A DNA stretch of 62,932 bases, counting the filler, from Intoshia linei (Eukaryota; Animalia; Orthonectida): NCBI GenBank assembly GCA_001642005.1. It is 6 parts of 6 records of this genome, joined end to end, with 100 filler letters (N's around TTAATTAATTAA, not from the genome) between each part and the next. Parts side by side here need not be neighbours in the genome. Positions count along the whole stretch, not along the records: positions 1 to 16,902 come from LWCA01000840.1; positions 17,003 to 26,925 come from LWCA01001322.1; positions 27,026 to 30,988 come from LWCA01002012.1; 3 more parts are not named here. The stretch is one strand, 5' to 3'. The stretch's first letter is position 1. The number at the start of each line of letters is the position of its first letter. The notes below the pieces were generated by a model, which was not told the origin of the DNA, searched no databases, and worked only from the letters and a program-made list of their open reading frames with translations. Below are positions 13,681 through 27,139 of this stretch, piece by piece. The position numbers and the translations under genes were made by a program.

Positions 13681-15871
13681 CCTTAACTATTTATCATAAT
13701 GTTGTCTATCTTGTTTTATAAACTTTAATTTGCGTAACGCTGTATAAGTAATACTTATTGAGTATAGTACAATAACATAACAATGTATAACATAATTTAA
13801 AAATATTTACCACTACAATATAAAAATACTTATGATAAGTCACAATTTAGTATATTGTATGTATGTAGACTACATTGCATATTATTACATCATGTAGTAA
13901 TATGAAAAATTTTTGATTTATTGTAATATTCCATGTTTTTAATAAAATAAACCAAAAATTCATCGTATAATATATTTATTATACATAATGTATACGTTGA
14001 CTTTTATATTGACAAATTTGTAAAACTTGATATACAATTCTTAATTTTAAGCGTTATGGTTCGCCACCTATGACCAAATCATCAACCTCACCTATTTCTC
14101 TCTGTAAAAGTTTCTTTTCTTTAATGCGTATTGCCGTCGATTTGAGTAATTGCTGCACCATATGTATATTAATTATTACAATTCATTTTTGCAATCTGCA
14201 TATTTGGTCATGGTTGTTGGGTTAGTGATTATGTATGAAATTTAACATAATAATTATATACATGTATGTGCTTAGTTTCACACTTTTTATGAAACTGTCA
14301 TAAAGTTAAACTTATAATTGTAATTTTTCTTATCATAAAGTGAAACTTTATGGAAGACGTGTCAAACTTGAGGCCCTTTTAAAATTTAAGTGCGACCCGC
14401 CGCGAATTTGTATATTTATATATACTAATAATATATAATATAATAATTCTATTATTATATATTCCAAAACGAATTGTTTATCATAATTACCAGACCTAAA
14501 CTGCGAGAAGGTCACATTTACTGATATCAATGATGTGATTAAAATTATGCTTATTAATTAATGATAATTGATGAAGTTGGCCTATTTAAATTTTATCCCT
14601 ACCTTTCTAAATGATTCAGTAATCGATAAAATTCTCAATTAAAATAGTTGCCATATTTGTCTCTACATTGGTATGCGAGCTATTATCCTCATCTATGAAA
14701 TCAACAAAAACAATTTACAGAAACTCATTAACTTACGCAAATCTCTCTTCAACGGTGAAACTGGGTATCAATAAATCATTTCTTTTTGATATTAACAAGC
14801 TAGTTTCCAGTTTATTGTTTAAATCAGTGGTTCTTAAACTTTTTTAATAGTGAATAACTTGTGAAATAAAAAATTTGCAGTACCGTCATAGGATATGATG
14901 CTTAACAGGTCAGTAGGCTATCAATGAAAACATAGCTTTGGTTTTGTAAAATATCTTGATCCATACTTGTGGAATGATAATAATCATTCAAATAAAAATT
15001 TAGTTGAAATAAACACTTTTATTCAAAATCAGCATATATTTGAATTGTGATATTCAAGCCAACATTAATATATAAATGAATCAGAAGTAATTTTGTAAAA
15101 ACCCTCAATTTAAAAAGAAGGCGTTTTGCTCCTGATAGTGTGTCCTAACTGTTTCTAGTATATTAGTAATTTCCAAAAAACCTGACTTTTAGTAATAAAT
15201 TACTAATAATATTATATAATAATATACATTAATACATAAATTTATTATTTTTTTAAAAATAGTATTGATACAATATTTTACTATACTAAATTGAATAATA
15301 AAAATATTTTTCGATAAAGAAGTTTAAATTAATATTTTATGTATACACTATGTAGTTAGTATGGTCAATAATTATAATACAAGTTGATTTTTATTTTCCA
15401 GCTTAATTATTATTTTAATAAAATTATCGCTTAAATTAAAATAACGATTGATCTCAATTTCAACAAATAAAATATTAAAACATACGAATATTATACCGTA
15501 CATTTTAAACAATTATATATTTATGTAAGTCAATAACCGATAAATTTGAATTACTCCTGGATTATAAAATATATCAATGCAAAATTAATTAAATTAATGT
15601 ACACAAAAAAAAGAATAAGTAAAAGTAAAATTATTTATGTATAAGCAAAAATTTTAAATTTACTATCTAATAATCAATTATTATTAATAATTAAGCTATA
15701 TAAAAATGGTTTGAAGCTTTGTGGACCACATACATGTAAATTTCTATTTTTAATACTTAACAACCTTAAAAACAGAAATATAACTGTACTGACTAACTTA
15801 ATACATATCAAATATACATTAATATATTAATTAATACGATTAAAAATACATATGCATATATACTAGTAGTA

Positions 15872-16902
15872 TCAGGAGCGGATTGAAGGGAGCAGAAGGT
15901 GCAGTTGCACCCCTAAATTAAATTAAAACTAAATTAAACAAAATATGATGGACATTGTTGGGGAAATGATTTGATTTTTTTCATTATCTTGTAAAAGACA
16001 AGATATTATAACAAAAGCTTTGGATAAATATCCTGCTATTAAAACTAAAAAACTCAAAGATGTGTGTAAAACTCGGTGGATACAACGAATTGATTCATTA
16101 AATATATTTTATGAAATGTATAAAGTAATTATGGAGGTGATGCAAGCAATTTCTTAACTGTTAGACAATTCTTCTACATAGGCCACTAGTTTCAGTCACA
16201 TTTTTAGTTTCTTTAGATATTGTTAAAAATTGTTTCCAAGATTTATATGGCTTGACAACACTCCTTCAGAGAAGAAATTTAGATATTGCAAGTGCGTACA
16301 AAGAGATTAACAATAAAAAAAGAAAATTGAAAAAATACGGGAAAACATTGATGAACATTTTCATGAGTGGTATGAAGCTGCAAAAGAGTTTGCCTTCTCT
16401 TTAAATGTTGAAAAAAACACGCTGTACAAAGAGACAATCTAACAGAGCAAATATGGAGGGATCTGACATTGAGAGTTTTTTAAAATAAACATTGCAATTC
16501 CTTTTTTCGATTCTATTTTAGCTGAATTCAGCTTACAATTTTTCAGATATCAACAGATTTTTGTTAAAGGATTTTCCCTAGATCCCACTTATTTCAAAAC
16601 GAGACATTTTGAAGATTTGAAAGAATTCGCAGAAAAATATAAATTATTTTTACCATGCATATCATTAGATGAAGATCTCAAAGCAAAATATACTAGATGG
16701 AAAAAAAGACCTTAATTCAAAGACCACTATCATAAAATTAATCGAAAGCTGGAATTCTAATTTTTTTCCAAATATTCATCAACTTTTAATTATTTTGGCA
16801 ACATTGCTAATCATTACATGTGAATGTGAACGCTCCATTAGCATTTTCAGAAGATTGAAAACCTTTTTAAGATCAACAATGACTGGTAATCGTCTATGTG
16901 GA
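15872..16902 (+). mobile_element. Degenerate hAT transposase (P52rIPK/THAP12-like), cut by contig end
   Basis: TIR-like CAGGAGCGGATTGAAGGG; KLKDVCKTRWIQRIDSL; FPNIHQLLIILATL..TCECERSISIFRRLKTFLRSTM; stops and frameshifts. Confidence 0.8.
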
Positions 16903-17002
16903 NNNNNNNNNNNNNNNNNNNNNNNNNNNNNNNNNNNNNNNNNNNNTTAATTAATTAANNNNNNNNNNNNNNNNNNNNNNNNNNNNNNNNNNNNNNNNNN
17001 NN
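16903..17002. other. Artificial contig-join spacer
   Basis: 44 N + TTAATTAATTAA (stops in all six frames) + 44 N. Confidence 0.97.
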
Positions 17003-17775
17003 TTAGTGTTGGTAAATTTTGATTTTTAGTAAAAATGGTTGGATTTAAGTAGACACTCAATATTTTAAATTATTTCTGAATTCAATTGAAAAAAATATGT
17101 GATTTTGTTCGCATATAAATTGTGCACACGTAGATTAGAAAAATCGAAATTTTGCATGTATGACGATCTTTTTATGAATGTGGTTTTGCATATTCTTTAT
17201 TTCCACCTTATCCCGTAGGCGATTCAAAAAATTTGGTGGTCACTGGACTATAAAGATACAATTATTATCTGGGAGTGTGTTCATTGAATACTGTTCAACT
17301 TAGTTTTTTTAAACTCAGTAGAATGTATTTTGTTAAAATTTACATTATATAATAATTCCAATATTTAATTCATAATTATTTATTATATTTATAAATTATT
17401 TTATTGTTCAATTTTGAAAAATGAGACATCCATTTTACAAAAATTTTGATGCCCTCCCCCGGAAGGAGGCTAGGTACGGTATTTTCGGTAATGTTTGAAG
17501 GGTTTGGTAAAATTAGATTTTATATAATAAATATAGATAAAAGGGGATTGTTCACTTAAGTATTTGTAAAATTTATTTTTTATATTGTGTTGAAATAAGA
17601 AGTTTTTAGTCATTAAATTTGGTAAAATCGTTTATTAAAAGTTTATTAAAAAGTACTGTTTATAAATATTCAGTACAAATTTTATAAAACTCAATAAAAG
17701 TAATTTTGAAAAACTAAATAAAAGTCAGGTATATACGAGTATTATCAATATTACAATTAGATATTTTATTTTTAG

Positions 17776-19790
17776 GAATTCCGGAACATACAGATTCGTT
17801 TGCTCTTAAGGACACCACTAATGGAGAACCATACCGCCTTTATAATTTAGACGTCTTTGAATACGAACTTAATAGTCGAATGGCAATTTATGGTTCCATA
17901 CCGTATATAATAGCTCACGGTTTGAATAGAACTATGGGTATGTTTTGGTCAAATGCAGCAGAAACATGGGTGAACATAAAATTACCTTCAGAAGAAACAA
18001 CCACTGCACCTACAACACACTGGGTATCGGAATCTGGTCACTTTGATATGTTTGTTTTTATTGGACCCACTTTATATGATGTCTCTCGTCAATATACAAC
18101 TATAGTTGGGAAAATGACATTACCTCCCTTATACGCTTTGGGTTATCACCAGTGTCGTTGGAACTACAACGACGAGTCAGACGTGCTGGCCGTCCAAGAA
18201 AACTTTGACAAAGCAAATATTCCTTTGGATGTTATATGGCTAGATATTGAACATACTGATGGTAAAAGATATTTTACCTGGGATACATCGAAATTTCCAC
18301 ACCCTGAAAAATTAGTCAAAAAATTATCAGACAGAGAACGGTCATTGGTTACAATTTCTGATCCGCACATCAAATTAGATGCAAATTTTATTATTTACAG
18401 CGACATGTCTGATCTCGGATATTTTGTAAAAGATTCTTCAAATAAGGACTTTGAAGGTTGGTGTTGGCCAGGTTCATCTATGTGGCCAGATTTTTTCAAC
18501 CCAGAAGTTAGAGCATATTGGTCTGAATGTTTTTCGTCTGATCGATATAGCGGTTCAAATTCCTACCTAATGAGCTGGCTTGATATGAATGAACCCTCGG
18601 TTTTTAACGGCCCAGAAATTACTCTACCAAAATCTATTGTCCATTTCAACAAACTCGAACACCGCCAATTACACAACGCTTATGCCTATTTTAGCCAAAA
18701 ATCTTCATATGAAGCTTTGCTAAATAGATCTATAAATGAAAAATCAAATAAAGTTGAAAGACCTTTTTTATTGAGCCGCGGCATTTTTGCTGGGTCACAA
18801 AAATTTAGTGCTGTTTGGACCGGGGATAATTTAGCAGCTTTTTCTCATTTAGAAGTTTCCGTAAAAATGCTTTTATCCCTGAATATTGCCGGTTATTCTT
18901 TTAGTGGAGCTGATGTTGGCGGATTTTTTAAAGATGCATCGATTGATTTATTAAAAAAATGGTATCTTGCTGGTGCTTTACAACCCTTTTTCCGCGCTCA
19001 TGCGCACATTGAAACCAAGAGAAGAGAGCCGTATTTGTTTCCTGATGTCTCTCTTGTTGCCCAGAAAGCTATCAATGTTAGATATCAACTCATGCCGTAT
19101 ATTTACACTGCTTTTTTTGAATCTCGTGAATTTAGTATTCCTGTCATGTTACCATTATGGGCAGAATTTAGAGATGAAAATTTATTTGATATTGACGATA
19201 CTTACTTACTCGGTAGACGTTTGCTTTGTTCTCCTGTACTTGATGAATCTTTGGACCATATTGTTGAACTACCAAAAAATGAAACATGGTTCGATTATTT
19301 CACAAACGAAATATTCTTTAATCGAGTGGATATTGTTGTAGAAGAGTTTACAATGCCAATTTTCGTCCGATCTGGTAGTATAATTCCTGTGAGAGAACGA
19401 AAACGTCGCTCGCTTAGAAGTACAATTTATGATCCAATAACTTTGAAAATTTATCTATCAGAAAATCAACACGCTCAAGGGAATTTGTACATAGACGATT
19501 ACATATCGCTCAACTACCTTGACGGATCTTATATTTATCAAACCATTTTCTTTTGTGGAAATACAATTTACAACAAAAATTCAATTTCAAACAAATTCAA
19601 GTCTGATGTTTGGTTAGAAAGAATAATAATATACAACATTAATACCATTCCTACCAATATAAAGGTACTATACTTTAACTCGGAAAAAAATTTGAATTTT
19701 ACTCATGAAAAAATATTCAATTTCAACGTTTTAACGATTCGAAAACCTTCTTTTAAAATACACGAAGAGTGGAAACTGCTATTAAAATAA
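17776..19790 (+). CDS. GANAB: Glucosidase II alpha subunit (GH31), large terminal exon; 5' exons not in this contig
   Basis: After acceptor TTTTAG (17775): GIPEHTDSFALK..EPYRLYNLDVFEY; GYHQCRWNY, WLDIEHTDGKRYFTWD, WLDMNEPSVFNGPE (nucleophile), WTGDN (acid/base), PFFRAHAH. Confidence 0.95.
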
Positions 19791-19804
19791 AATTTAATCA
19801 ATTT

Positions 19805-22574
19805 CTACCATTTTATATCACCGTACAATTTTTTGAAACAATAATCTTTTCCTTTAATTGACATTATTCCATTTTGCATCATAAAACGCCAGGTTTCTTT
19901 AGATTTTCGAACCTATATTTCAATAATAATATATCATTTTATTTTACATGTTTGAATTCAGCAATAATGGTATTATCATCACAATTAAATTCTGTTGGAA
20001 TTTCTAATTTATCGTCAGATATGTCGTCGTTTGAATTTAATTCCTAAATATACGTATAATTATTAATTAAAATCATTAACAGTGTTCGCTAAAGTGGATG
20101 GACCATAGATTATGCTGCGATATTATTTTCATTTTTTATTTACAGTTCAATTCAATTAACTGAAATTAAAATGGTGTCAAAAGTGATAGGAAAATCAAAA
20201 TTGATACTTACAGGAGAACTATACAATGATGTAGAATATTGGATTAACCAATTTGAAAATTTTATGGAAATTCTTTTTGATGATATTTAGCAAAAGAAAA
20301 AGATATCAATTATAAAAGTTTCTAAACTTGGAAAAAATAAAAGCAAACTCAGAATTATGATAAGATATTTGACTGAGATACGTAAATAGAAATTAATCAA
20401 ATTCAGATTCGTATCATTTCAAAATTTTAATCAATTTTTATATCAGTAACTGTAAAATAATTATATACCATTTTGGATATCTAACAATAATAAATACCTC
20501 TTCTGTTGAAATGTCGGATTCAGGGGGTTTGGTAGATTTCACTTTCTTAGATTTATGTTTTTTTTTAGATTTGGATTTTTCAGGTATCATTTCTATCTGT
20601 GCTTCTTCATTTATTGTGTCATTAGCATCAATGAGTGGTAATGGTAAATCATCTTCAGAATCAGTGTCATTTAAACCGTCCACTTGGTCCATTTTGAACT
20701 AAAATAAGTTCATACACGTACCAATAAATGTTTATTATTATTTAAAAATTAACCTTTGCATCATTTGAAACTAAAAATTACAGTAATTTAATGTTAATAA
20801 AAAATCAAATATTACCGTCAAAGTCTAATTGTTGAATTGGTTCTACAATAATTATAATATTACACTAAAAGATTATACTTCTCTTATGCGCCAATTTGTA
20901 GGTAGAAAAATTTAGTTCGTTCTAAAATTGTTATATAGACACTTTCAAAATTTTAGATAAGATTTATCATAAGTGAATGAACGTAAGTATTGACTAGGTC
21001 GCATCTATATCAGTTATAACCAAGGGTGGTCGATTTTCAAAGTATCCTTACTTATATATGCTATACAATATTTGTGTGTTGGTGTTACCGTTTATTTCAA
21101 TAACTTCCAGTCTTAGAATTTTATAAAGTTCTTATTTTAATTACAGGTTTTTTCCGGGGTGTTAGCAAAATAAATTTCAACCTATCAAACTAACATCTTA
21201 GTGGTCAATAACCCCAATTGTCGTTTTTTTGAAAATCAAACGAGTTGGAAAATTTAAAAAAAAATATCTTCAGGGCCAAAAACACCAAATTACTTTTTTT
21301 TTTAATGAAAACAGCCCTAGAATTAAAAAAATAAAAAGTAGTACATAACAGTCAACCTAGTAATTATATATAAATGTATTATATAATTTTTGAGTTGATA
21401 GGCCCATGTTCGTGTTTATTTTACATATTTATTTATCAATATATATCTTATTATATTAAATATTTATAGATTATTTTTTATTTATCATATCTAATTTGGT
21501 TTTGGCCGTTAATGGGTTAAGATATAAAAAAATAGTGAAATTCATATATAAAAGAAGTTTTCTAAAAAGTGGTCACCCCTGATGGCTGTATCACTATTTC
21601 AAATTAATTATAGTTTAAGTTTCCAACATAATATTATACTTCTGGTTCTGTATGCACAAGTTCAGGAGGTATCTAAAAGAATAATTAATAATAAATTATT
21701 TTACAAATTTTTAAAATATTTGAATGAATAAATGAATTACTGCATTCTGAAAAGATGTATGTTCAGTAAATACATTGTCCTTGGACTGATGACTAAACTG
21801 AGCTTTTTTTGAAAGCTTTACATATTTTATCATCCACCTCTAAAACTTAATTAATAATTTTGAAATTTATTTATTTTATACAGAAACATAATAAAAAATA
21901 TTTCTTAACCTTGGAAAACTAATAAAATTTTTTGACTCACGTAATTTAAAAAAATACAATTCCTGTGAGTATCCATCGAATATATTACTTCCACATTTAA
22001 ACTAATGTGCCAAAACACATCAAATTAAAAACTTTAATTATTAACTTTGTATTACATTTATTATATATGCTAGAATTTCAATCGTTTCATCACATGACAA
22101 AATTTGAATTAAACCAATACATGTACGCGGGAAAAATATTTTAATGTTAAACCATCATTGATAAAAGCTTAAGAAACCTGATGTAAATAAAATAAAAATA
22201 AATCATAAAATATAGGTGGCAGTCGGATATAATTTCTTGTCTCAAATCATGTATGATTTGTAAATATTGATACATATTTACAAATCAGTAGACTAAAACA
22301 TTGATTTCAAAATTCTAACCAACTATAATATTATACGATGATATTTAAAATGTTTATGGTCAAGACATTGCATAAATTGAGTTTTAAAACTTAATCTCAA
22401 GTTATCAATTAAAACCTTTTGAAATTCGCCAATCGATTCCAATGGTAAATCATCTGGAGATAAATCATTACTTACATTACGCACAACGGTATCGATAACA
22501 TGTTGAAAAAAATCAGTCTAAAGAAATAATTATAAAATCTCAATTATAAAACTAAAAACCTGTAAAGTACTCAT
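19805..22574 (-). CDS. GTF2A1: Transcription initiation factor IIA large subunit (alpha/beta), multi-exon
   Basis: N-terminus MSTLQ|TDFFQHVIDTVVRNV...FQK|RWMIKY; QVDG taspase-1 site followed by an acidic tract; C-terminus VRKSKETWRFMMQNGIMSIKGKDYCFKKLYGDIKW*. Confidence 0.9.
21045..21360 (+). mobile_element. Non-autonomous Helitron, short copy, in a TFIIA intron
   Basis: A|TCCTTACTTATATA ... GTACATAACAGTCAACCTAG|T; body shared with copies at 38.4, 44.2, 46.1 and 48.5 kb. Confidence 0.7.
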
Positions 22575-22668
22575 TTAAAACGTTTTCTTATAATGTAACC
22601 ATGTTAAAACTATCCTTGCGTTTATTTCATTGAAATTGTATAATACAAATAAATTTAAATTGAAACTA

Positions 22669-24436
22669 ATGGAAGAATTTGATAAACCGTTGGACAAGAA
22701 GGATGTTCAAATAAAACTAAATTTTAAGAAAAATACTGGAAATGCGGTACAAACGAATATTTTTGAAACAACAGCAAAAAGATTGCAAAGTACTGATAAT
22801 GAAAAAGATGATCTCAAAGAAAGTGAGTCAAAAATTGTTTCAAATGTTGAAAAATTGAAATCTGTAGAAATGTCTCAAGTAAAGATACCTAACGATATAT
22901 ACCAAATACCACCTTGGGCGATTACATGCACACAAGATTATTTCTTGGAAGAGATTAAAAATGGATGTATTATAAAAAAACATAATCTCAATAATGTCAA
23001 CATGTTTGTTATTGGTAGGCACAATGAGAACATTTCTTATCGCATGTTACATCCTTCAATATCTAGATACCATTTAGTCTTTCAGTATTGTTCTGGGATT
23101 AATACAAGAAATCGACAAGGATGGTATATTCGAGATCTTTCCAGTAATAATGGTACAATTTTAAACAAGAAAAAGTTGGAGCCTAATGTTTATTATCCGT
23201 ATAGTATCGGTTCTGTAGTTAAATTAGGATTTAGTATGCGTATTTTTGTTTTACAGGTTTATTTTCAGTTAATTATTTTGAAGATACACTAAATTGTTTC
23301 TCAATCTGACGAGAATTAAAATTAACATTAAGAAAGTGGGATTTTAATTAATTTTGATGTCTTTAAAATTATTAAATTTTCAAAAGTTTCGATTTTGATG
23401 AAAGAAACAAAATATTAGTAATTGATTTATAAATTAGAATGCATTATTTAGGGCAATATACAACAAGAAGACGATGAAATAGAAGAGGATCTACCAATGC
23501 AAACTGACCCAGAGCCTAAAATAGGTTATATATTTTATTTTAAAATATTTAAATGTTATTTAGATGTATTTAATCAGTCTGAAAAGTTAAGTTTGGACCC
23601 TGCAAAAATGAAAAAGGTATTGAGAGTATTCTTTGACCAGGAAGGTAATTTTTATTTTTTTATGTTATAGTATATATAATTAGGCGTTGAATTAAAACTT
23701 GAAACGCAACAATTAGAAAACGGGTCGTATCAATGTCAATTAGAGTAATATACTTGTTATCAATATTTTTACTTTTAAAGGTTACCAATTTTCGATAACG
23801 CTGAAGAAACTTCCACCCTCATTGAAATTGAACATGAAAAAAGCAAAGCAGAGGCAATTAAAAAATGCATCGATGTTGCTTATCATCATTTAGCTGAAAA
23901 TGGATATTTGAAAAGAAAAACTTTCAGTAATATATTTAAAATTTTATTTTTAAATATACAGAACGAATTATCAGGGAAAGTGTGGACGATTTATATGAAG
24001 ACGAAGAAGATTCATTTTATGACAGATCTGGGGATTTGGAAAAGAAAATTGAAAAAAGAAGTGCATTGTATCTCAACAAAGTAACAAAATTAAAATACAA
24101 TGATGTGGTAAAATTTACAATGAATGAAAATAACAAATTGCGTGTATTAGGTATCAGATATAACAAAAATATCTAACGAATTATCAAAGATTATGTCATC
24201 TTTAGAAAAAGTAGATAAAAAAGGTTTTATTTTTAGATTCATGTTTATTCTAATTAGAAAATGCATCTACTCAACTTGATGACCTGGATGCATATATGGA
24301 TTCTCTTAATAAAGGATTGATACTCAATAAAAGTGAAATACTAAATTTAAAATCTAAAAGAAAAAAATTGACTAAACAATTGCAAGAATTAAGGAAAATG
24401 GAATTGCTTTTAAAACCCCGAAATTTGCCAATGTAA
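22669..24436 (+). CDS. SLC4A1AP: Kanadaptin (FHA-domain protein), multi-exon
   Basis: YQIPPWA..YFLEEIKNG, IGR...HPSISRYHLVFQY, DLSSNNGT; VFFDQEG; EEDSFYDRSGDLEKK; DDLDAYMDSL; LLKPRNLP. Confidence 0.85.
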
Positions 24437-25019
24437 TTTTATATTATAATTAGTAAATTCTGCAGGTAGTGCAGATCATATCAAATCAATCTGTTTTATA
24501 AAATATAATTCAAAAGTTATTAAATTGTGGGACATAAATACAATTTCAAGATCATTTCAATCTATTTTTAAATTAAATTTTATTATTTTGACGAATTTAA
24601 TAAAAACCGTAACAATTCCGCATACGTAATATACCAAACAAAGCAAGTAAATCTAGAGCAGCGGTTCTCAACATACTTCGCAGTTGGTACCCCTGAACTA
24701 AAAAATATAATTTGGTACCCCATAATAATTTCTATTTATTGTAACTATGATACCATGTGAATTAAAAAAAATTAAATAAAATAAATAGTCATAAACTCTA
24801 CTTCATCAAAAATAGATACATATATAAATATTATGAAATTTTTAAAATATTTATAATTTATGAATCATAAAGTGTGAGTCATAGGATGAGACGAATTAGT
24901 ACCCCAAAATAATTTATGGTACTAAAAGTACTTTACATTTATATCTTAAAAAGAGGCCACAATTTATTAAAAAATACTTACATTTATATCTTAAGAAACA
25001 GTTTATAAGTTTTGAAGTG

Positions 25020-25507
25020 TGGGAATACAAATAGCTAGAAAGAAAATAGTTTAAAGAATCAAAGTTCTGTGAAATATTAAATGTGATGTCGAATGATGAG
25101 TTGAATACTTCATGTGATAATCTTACAGCAGCTTATAGCAAAGATTAGGAAAAAAATGATTTAGAATAGAATGTCAACAATTTAAACATTATTTTGATTG
25201 GGAAAAAATAAGTAATAACATTTTTGTTATGTATAAAGTTATAAAAGGTGATAAATTAGAATCACTATTTTCTAATATTGAAATCTGTATGAGACTGTTT
25301 CTTTCAATGATGGTTGCAAATTGCAAAAATGAAAGAACTTTTTCTAAACTAAAAATAATTAAGGATGAACTTCGAAATTGCTTAGCTCAACCTCGTTTGA
25401 ATGCGTTCTCTTTAATATCAATTGAGAATAATATTTATAATGATATCAGTTTTGATAATATCATATCTGATTTCTCTCAGAAAAAAGTGAGAAAACAACA
25501 TTTGTGA
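25020..25507 (+). mobile_element. hAT transposase C-terminal remnant (ZMYM1-like)
   Basis: FSNIEICMRLFLSMMVANCKNERTFSKLKIIKDELRNCLAQPRLNAFSLISIEN; the upstream frame is broken. Confidence 0.8.
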
Positions 25508-25757
25508 AGATTTTTTTGTGACTGCATAGTGCATATTTTTAAATGAAAAAATAAACTTTGTTTATTAATTAATGTAAGTAGGTTTTTGTAAAAGAAATAA
25601 AAGTTACTAGAAACCTACATAATATTTTTATTAATACTCAATGAAATAAGACTCTAAGTGTCCAACCAACAGTATTCCCTGTCTTTTAAACAGGGGACCT
25701 TAATTTTTTTATCGCTTCGCTTGAAATTTTAAAGGGCCTCCGACCCTTTGCTTAGCC

Positions 25758-26925
25758 CAGGGCTTCTCACACTTTTTAACTCACGACCCCTTTTTATCTA
25801 ATAAAATTATTCGTGAACCCTGTCCATCAAAATAATATACATGTTATTAAAAAAATTACTAAGTTGGTAGCCTAAAAATGTACACACAATGATTGGAAAT
25901 GAAGACATGAAAATAATGCTTATCAATAAAATAAAAATAATTATATAAATTTTAATGATATGTACGTAATTGTTGGTCTTGCAACCATTTCTATATCCTT
26001 AAGACTGGAGCGATATTTTGTCTTTATTGCGGTGATCTTTGAAAAGGCTGATTCACATAGATAAGTGGTAGAAAACGGAAGAAGAATCGTTATAGCTATT
26101 ATTGATAGAGATGGAAATTCTTTCTCCATTAAAAGCCAAAAAGTGTCTAATGATTTCTGTTTAAATAGAATTTTAACACTAAAATCAGCTGAAAGAACTG
26201 CAAATTCTTATTGTACCTCTAATTTTAAGTGATCAACGTTACTGATTTCATCGAAAAATGGACTATGTATTCAATCAAATTTATTATTGTTTAATTCCGG
26301 TAAAAAATATTTTGTGAAGTTGGTTTGTAAGTGTTCAATAATTACAACCTTGATAGAATCCATATTCAATGCATTATCAGCAATATAATTTTCTTTATCA
26401 GAAAACATTTCATATTTATTTTTTTCAATTTTATTTTTTCATAATATTAATTTGTTTATAAAGCCCTGAATTTTATATTTTAATTTAAAAATATTAGTAT
26501 GCTCTCCTTGAAGTGAAATATTCATTTCATTTAATTTTTCAAATAAATCTGACAAATAATATAATTTGCACATCCAATTTGTGTTTTGAAAAATTTTTAT
26601 TAAGTTTATGTTATTTTCCGACAAAAATAGAATAACTTCACTTTTTAACATTAATAGACGTTTCAAAGCTCTTCCTCTTGATAGCCATTGTATAGCAGTA
26701 AAGGTTAATAATGAGTTGAAGTTAGAGTTCATAGAATCACATAAATTTGCAAAAAGCCGCGTATTAAGCACGCGAGATTTTATAAAATTAATGATTTAGT
26801 GGAGTCTAGTAAAACAGAATTCAAATCTTCTGAAATTTTCTTAGAGACGAGCGCTTCTCGGTGAATCATATAATGAGTAAAATTAATAGGATTAATACAC
26901 GTTGATCTAACTTTAGAATAAAATC
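25758..26925 (-). mobile_element. Degenerate Buster/ZBED5-SCAND3-like hAT, 3' half
   Basis: IHREALVSK, QWLSRGRALKRL, YLSDLFEKLNEMNISLQG, LLPFSTTYLCESAFS..KTKYRS; terminus CAGGGCTTCTCACACTTTT at 25758; internal stops. Confidence 0.85.
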
Positions 26926-27025
26926 NNNNNNNNNNNNNNNNNNNNNNNNNNNNNNNNNNNNNNNNNNNNTTAATTAATTAANNNNNNNNNNNNNNNNNNN
27001 NNNNNNNNNNNNNNNNNNNNNNNNN
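26926..27025. other. Artificial contig-join spacer
   Basis: 44 N + TTAATTAATTAA + 44 N. Confidence 0.97.
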
Positions 27026-27139
27026 ACCGGGGGATTGAAAAATAATGATAAAATGCAAAAATTGCAATATGAAAATTTTTAACTTTGACAAAATTATATA
27101 TCTTTTATACACCTGTAACTTTAAACATTCATCTAATAA

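Noticed and set aside
14030-14780. GC-richer exon-like patches
   Set aside because: No consistent spliced frame or recognisable motif, and mixed with hAT end fragments.
16947-16958. Recurrent TTAATTAATTAA motif as a biological signal
   Set aside because: It is always centred in 44+44 N, so it is an assembly linker.
18164-19341. Antisense and alternative-frame ORFs within GANAB (also 697-1026, 3291-3533, 51478-51699, 62139-62486)
   Set aside because: Shadow ORFs of real coding sequence.
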